Source: Candidatus Dormiibacterota bacterium
GTDB lineage: Bacteria > Chloroflexota > Dormibacteria > DASZGP01
Reading direction: 5' to 3'
DNA length: 64,000 bases
Assembly (NCBI GenBank): GCA_036741395.1
Contig: DAINSI010000001.1
Span: 14,999 to 78,998 of the forward strand
Of this stretch, positions 60,633 through 64,000 are shown piece by piece (positions within the stretch are counted from its first letter, which is position 1; every line of letters begins with the position of its first letter). Position numbers and translations under genes: made by a program. The notes below the pieces were generated by a model. It did not search any database and was not told the DNA's origin. It saw only the letters and a program-made list of their open reading frames with translations.

Positions 60633-61586
60633 CTGAAGCGAGTCCTGGTCACCGGCGCCGCCGGCTACATCGGGGGCCGGGTGGTCCGAACCCTGGCGTC
60701 GATCGAGGGTGTCGAGGCGGTGGCCGTGGTCCGCCGCGCGGTCGACTGGCTGGAGGATGCGCAGATGGTCGTCGCGGACCTCGGCGCCGACACCGACGTC
60801 GGCACCCTGGGGGAAGCCTTCCGCGGCGTCGACGCCGTCGTGCACCTCGCCGGGGCCAACGAGGTCGTTGTCGCGTCCCGGCCGGAGCAGGCCGTTGCCG
60901 AGACCCTTCTGGCGACCCAGCGCGTCGCCGTCGCCGCCACCGAGGCCGGCGTGAGGCGGTTGGTGTACCTCTCCACGGTGCACGTGTACGGCGCTGCCCT
61001 GACCGACGACGCCGTCATCAGCGAGGACCTGGTCCCCCAACCGCAGTCGCCCTACGCGTCCGCCCGCCTGGCGTCCGAGCAGGTGCTCGCCGCCATCGGC
61101 GACCGGACGTCGGTGGTGATCCTGCGCCTGACGAACTCGGTCGGCGCCCCGGTGCACCCCGGAGTGGATCGCTGGACGCTGATCAGCAACGACCTCTGCC
61201 GCGAGGCGGTGACGCGGGGCACTGTGACGCTGCGAACGCATGGGATGCAGTTCCGCGACTTTGTCGCCATGACCGACGTTGCCCGGGTGGTGGCCGGGGT
61301 CGCGCTGTCAGACCGGCCGCCGCCGGGCACCTACAACCTGGCGGCCGGTCGCTCCATCACCATGCGCGACCTCGCGGCCCTCGTCCAGGACTCGGTTGAG
61401 CGGCTGAGCGGCCGGCGCCCGGCATTGCTGGCGCCCGCGCCGCCGCCCGAGCCGCCTCGCCCCTACACCGTGCTCGGGGACGCACTGGCCGGCTCCGGCT
61501 ATGCCCCAGGGGATACGCTGGCGTCGGCGGTCGACGAGACCGTGGAGTTCTGTACCAGGTGGAAGGAGGTGCTGGGTGCCGGTTGA
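60633..61586 (+). CDS. NAD-dependent sugar epimerase/reductase (extended SDR), start codon unclear
   Basis: The Rossmann motif (L)KRVLVTGAAGYIGGR is encoded at 60633-60680, upstream of the first canonical start (GTG 60681). Only CTG codons are available in frame after the TGA at 60582-60584. STVHVYG and YASARLASE (YxxxK-like region) follow. Confidence 0.65.
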   Translation: MKRVLVTGAAGYIGGRVVRTLASIEGVEAVAVVRRAVDWLEDAQMVVADLGADTDVGTLGEAFRGVDAVVHLAGANEVVVASRPEQAVAETLLATQRVAVAATEAGVRRLVYLSTVHVYGAALTDDAVISEDLVPQPQSPYASARLASEQVLAAIGDRTSVVILRLTNSVGAPVHPGVDRWTLISNDLCREAVTRGTVTLRTHGMQFRDFVAMTDVARVVAGVALSDRPPPGTYNLAAGRSITMRDLAALVQDSVERLSGRRPALLAPAPPPEPPRPYTVLGDALAGSGYAPGDTLASAVDETVEFCTRWKEVLGAG

Positions 61587-62034
61587 CATCGAAGGCGTGA
61601 CGATCACCCCGCTGGGCCGGATCCCCGACGAGCGAGGCGCCATCCTGCACATGCTCCGCGAGGACAGCCCAGGCTTCCAGCGCTTCGGCGAGATCTACTT
61701 CTCGATGGTGCACCCGGGGGCCATCAAGGCCTGGCACCAGCATTCGGTGATGACCCTCAACTACGCCGTGCCGGTGGGGATGATCAAGCTCGTCCTCTAC
61801 GACGACCGGGAGGGATCCGCGACCCGAGGCGCCCTCAGCGAGATCTACACCGGCGAGCTGGAGTACGCGCTCGTCACCATCCCGCCGCTGGTGTGGAATG
61901 GGTTCAAGGGCATCGGCGACCGACCCGCCCTGGTCGCCAACTGCGCCACCCACCCGCACTCGCCGGATGAGATCACCCGTCGCGATCCCTTCGACCGGGA
62001 CATCGGCTATGACTGGAGCCTGCGGCACGGGTGA
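61576..62034 (+). CDS. Cupin-fold sugar nucleotide epimerase/isomerase (RmlC/WxcM-like)
   Basis: The GTG at 61576 is preceded by GGAAGGAGG (61561-61569), giving 152 aa. DERGAILHMLRED, FGEIYFSMVHPGAIKAWHQH and PPLVWNGF are present. Confidence 0.7.
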   Translation: MPVDIEGVTITPLGRIPDERGAILHMLREDSPGFQRFGEIYFSMVHPGAIKAWHQHSVMTLNYAVPVGMIKLVLYDDREGSATRGALSEIYTGELEYALVTIPPLVWNGFKGIGDRPALVANCATHPHSPDEITRRDPFDRDIGYDWSLRHG

Positions 62035-62846
62035 CGGTGACGCACGCGGAGTTGAGCGCGGAGGTCGCCGCGAACCCCGTCTGGTACCACACCCTGGACC
62101 TCGGGGCGGGGGTCGTGACACCCGGCTGGTTTGACCTCAGGCCGATCGCGGCGAGGCTACCCTGGCCGGACCTCAAGGACAAGCGCTGCCTCGACGTCGG
62201 CACCTATGACGGTTTCTTCGCGTTCGAGATGGAGCGCCGGGGCGCCGGCGAGGTGCTGGCGATGGACATCGGTGACCACCGGCATTGGGACTGGCCCCCC
62301 GACGTGCGCGGCGTGGGCGGCGAGCAGCTGGCCAGGTGGGCGGGGGAGAAGGGCGCCGGGTTCGAGATCGCGGCCAAGGCCCTGGGATCGCAGGTGCGCA
62401 AGCTCGAGGCGTCGGTGTACGACCTGGCCTCGCGGGACGTGGGTACATTCGATTTCATTTTCTGCGGCAGCCTGCTGCTCCACCTGCGCGACCCGATGCG
62501 GGCCCTGGAGGCCATGAGATCTGTGTGCCGCGGCCAGTTTCTCTCCGCCGAGCAGGTCGACCTCTGGCTCACCTTTGTCGCCCGCGGGTTCTCGGTGGCG
62601 CGTCTGAACGGGATGGGCCCCCTCTGTCAGTGGTGGGTTCCGAGCGTCCAGGGGCACCGGCGCATGGTCAGGGCAGCCGGGTTCGCCATCGAGGCCGAGA
62701 CGGGGCCCTACGTGGTGCCCTTCGGCGTGAGCCACCCCGCACCGTCCCGCGACGTCAGGACCGCGGCGCTCAGACTCGGTCGCCGCATCACCGCCGGCGG
62801 CTGGGGCGTGCCCCACGCGGCGGTGCTGGCCCGGCGCGTCGTCTGA
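62031..62846 (+). CDS. Class I SAM-dependent methyltransferase (WYHT-motif), paralog of 55955-56797
   Basis: 271-aa ORF with VWYHTLDLGAGVVTPGWFDLR, CLDVGTYDGFFAFEMERRGAGEVLAMD and GSLLLHLRDP. Confidence 0.75.
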   Translation: MTVTHAELSAEVAANPVWYHTLDLGAGVVTPGWFDLRPIAARLPWPDLKDKRCLDVGTYDGFFAFEMERRGAGEVLAMDIGDHRHWDWPPDVRGVGGEQLARWAGEKGAGFEIAAKALGSQVRKLEASVYDLASRDVGTFDFIFCGSLLLHLRDPMRALEAMRSVCRGQFLSAEQVDLWLTFVARGFSVARLNGMGPLCQWWVPSVQGHRRMVRAAGFAIEAETGPYVVPFGVSHPAPSRDVRTAALRLGRRITAGGWGVPHAAVLARRVV

Positions 62847-62871
62847 GGGCGCCGGCGGGGCGCCGTCTGCC

Positions 62872-64000
62872 GTGATATCTCCCGCTCCCCGGTTGGCGCG
62901 CGAACCGCTGTTGGTCCTGGCGCTGGTTGTCGGGCTCGGCCTGGTGGTACGCGTCGTCATCGGGTTTGCCGCGGTCGGCGTGACCTTCGACATCCAGTCC
63001 TGGGAACTGACGTACCACGTCCTCGTCAGCCACCCCCTGCACGTGTACTCCGCCGTCAACAGCGCGGTCGACCCCAACGGCGTGCCGCTGCTGCGCTTCC
63101 CGTATCCGCCGGGGTTCCTCCCCTTCCTCGCCGCCGCAGGCGCGATCGCGGCCTCCACGGGACTGCCATTCCACGGCCTGGTCAAGTTGCCGGCGATCCT
63201 GGCCGACACCGTCCTCGCGCTCGTCATCCAGGATCACCTGGGTTGGTTGGGGCGGCCGGTGCGGGAGCGGCTGGCGGCCGCGGCGTTGATCGCCCTCTCC
63301 CCCACGTTCGGCGTGATCTCGGGCTTTCACGGACAGATCGACGCTTTCGCCAGCCTGCCCGCGGTCATCGCCGTCGTGGTCTGGACGCGGATGCCCGGTG
63401 GTCGGCGGGCGGGGTGGGCGGGGCTGCTGATCGGCGCCGGGGCGGCTGTCAAGATCCTTCCGATCCTGGCGCTGTTCGGGCTCCTGCCGTCGGCCCGCAA
63501 CAACCGCGAGCGGGTGGTCCTGGTGGGCGCCACGCTGGCCGTACCGGTGGCGCTTCTGGTGCCGTTCGTGGTCGTCGATCCGCACGGCGTCTGGGGGCTG
63601 CGGCATTACGCGGGCCTCCCCGGCTTCGGGGGGATCAGCATGATCCTGCAGCCCGGCCTGGTCCGCTTCTGGCTGTACGGCGACGCCATCCCCCTGTCTG
63701 GCGCCATCCGGGCGCTGCTGGGGGCCGCCCCCCTCCTGACCCTGGTCTCAGGGTCGACGGTGGCCCTCGGTTTGCTGCGCACCAGGGTCGCGCCCGCAGT
63801 GGCAGTGTCGGTGGTCTGGCTGGCGTTCTACGTGTTCGGCGCGACGTTCGAGTTCCAGTGGCTCTGTTACGGGATCCCCTTCTTCCTGCTCGCCGGGCGG
63901 GTGCGGGAGGTGGCCGTGCTGCAGGCGCTGCTGCTGGTGCCGACGATCATGATCTACACGCATCCGCGCGTCAGCCAGGGAGCCGCGATCTATTTCGGGT
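62872..64000 (+). CDS. Polytopic GT-C membrane glycosyltransferase, DUF2029/GT87-like (runs off the window end)
   Basis: Open frame from the GTG at 62872 to the window end, not in the ORF track. VISPAPRLAREPLLVLALVVGLGLVV...RFPYPPGFLPF...GAGAAVKILPILAL contains many TM helices. Confidence 0.65.
   Translation, partial: MISPAPRLAREPLLVLALVVGLGLVVRVVIGFAAVGVTFDIQSWELTYHVLVSHPLHVYSAVNSAVDPNGVPLLRFPYPPGFLPFLAAAGAIAASTGLPFHGLVKLPAILADTVLALVIQDHLGWLGRPVRERLAAAALIALSPTFGVISGFHGQIDAFASLPAVIAVVVWTRMPGGRRAGWAGLLIGAGAAVKILPILALFGLLPSARNNRERVVLVGATLAVPVALLVPFVVVDPHGVWGLRHYAGLPGFGGISMILQPGLVRFWLYGDAIPLSGAIRALLGAAPLLTLVSGSTVALGLLRTRVAPAVAVSVVWLAFYVFGATFEFQWLCYGIPFFLLAGRVREVAVLQALLLVPTIMIYTHPRVSQGAAIYFG

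Noticed and set aside
1-64000. tRNA, rRNA, transposase/IS or prophage content
   Set aside because: All intergenic gaps longer than about 70 nt were read, and none shows a cloverleaf-compatible acceptor/T-arm pattern. No DDE, serine or tyrosine recombinase motifs or phage structural genes were recognised in any frame. A covariance-model scan would be needed for certainty.

Overview
High-GC (about 70% by eye) bacterial chromosomal window covering the replication-origin neighbourhood. All product calls come from reading motifs in the supplied translations; no searches were run. The phylum cannot be fixed from this window. An MshA-like GT4 and an F420-type LLM point towards Actinobacteria or Chloroflexi-like lineages, and the split gcvPA/gcvPB is also seen in Chloroflexi, Thermus and Firmicutes.

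Core genes:
- recF, dnaN and dnaA on the minus strand, divergent from rpmH-rnpA-yidD-yidC-jag, with DnaA boxes in the dnaA-rpmH spacer.
- An NfeD-SPFH-CPBP-parA-parB block followed by lepB.
- ndk.
- A gcvT-gcvH-gcvPA-gcvPB operon.
- At the left end, MacA/MacB-like efflux genes next to an OmpR/histidine-kinase pair.

Most unusual content:
1. A LysW-like zinc-ribbon carrier ORF sits inside an ATP-grasp / ThrC-like PLP / MurD-like ligase / NlpC-P60 block, downstream of mshA-like GT4, HAD and GNAT genes.
2. Two identical 30-nt elements flank the par block. Each looks like a canonical parS palindrome split by a 13-bp insert.
3. A sigma-70-like protein ends before region 4.
4. A PrgI-like membrane domain is fused to a MinD/ParA-type ATPase.
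5. A vapBC module is inserted between dnaN and recF.
6. An approximately 18-kb Wzm/Wzt-type glycan locus (45.8-64 kb) carries at least seven methyltransferases, CDP-hexose genes and a frameshifted GT8.

No tRNA, rRNA, CRISPR array, transposase or integrase was recognised. Many long ORFs in the track are Arg/Pro/Gly-rich shadow frames of real genes and were discarded.
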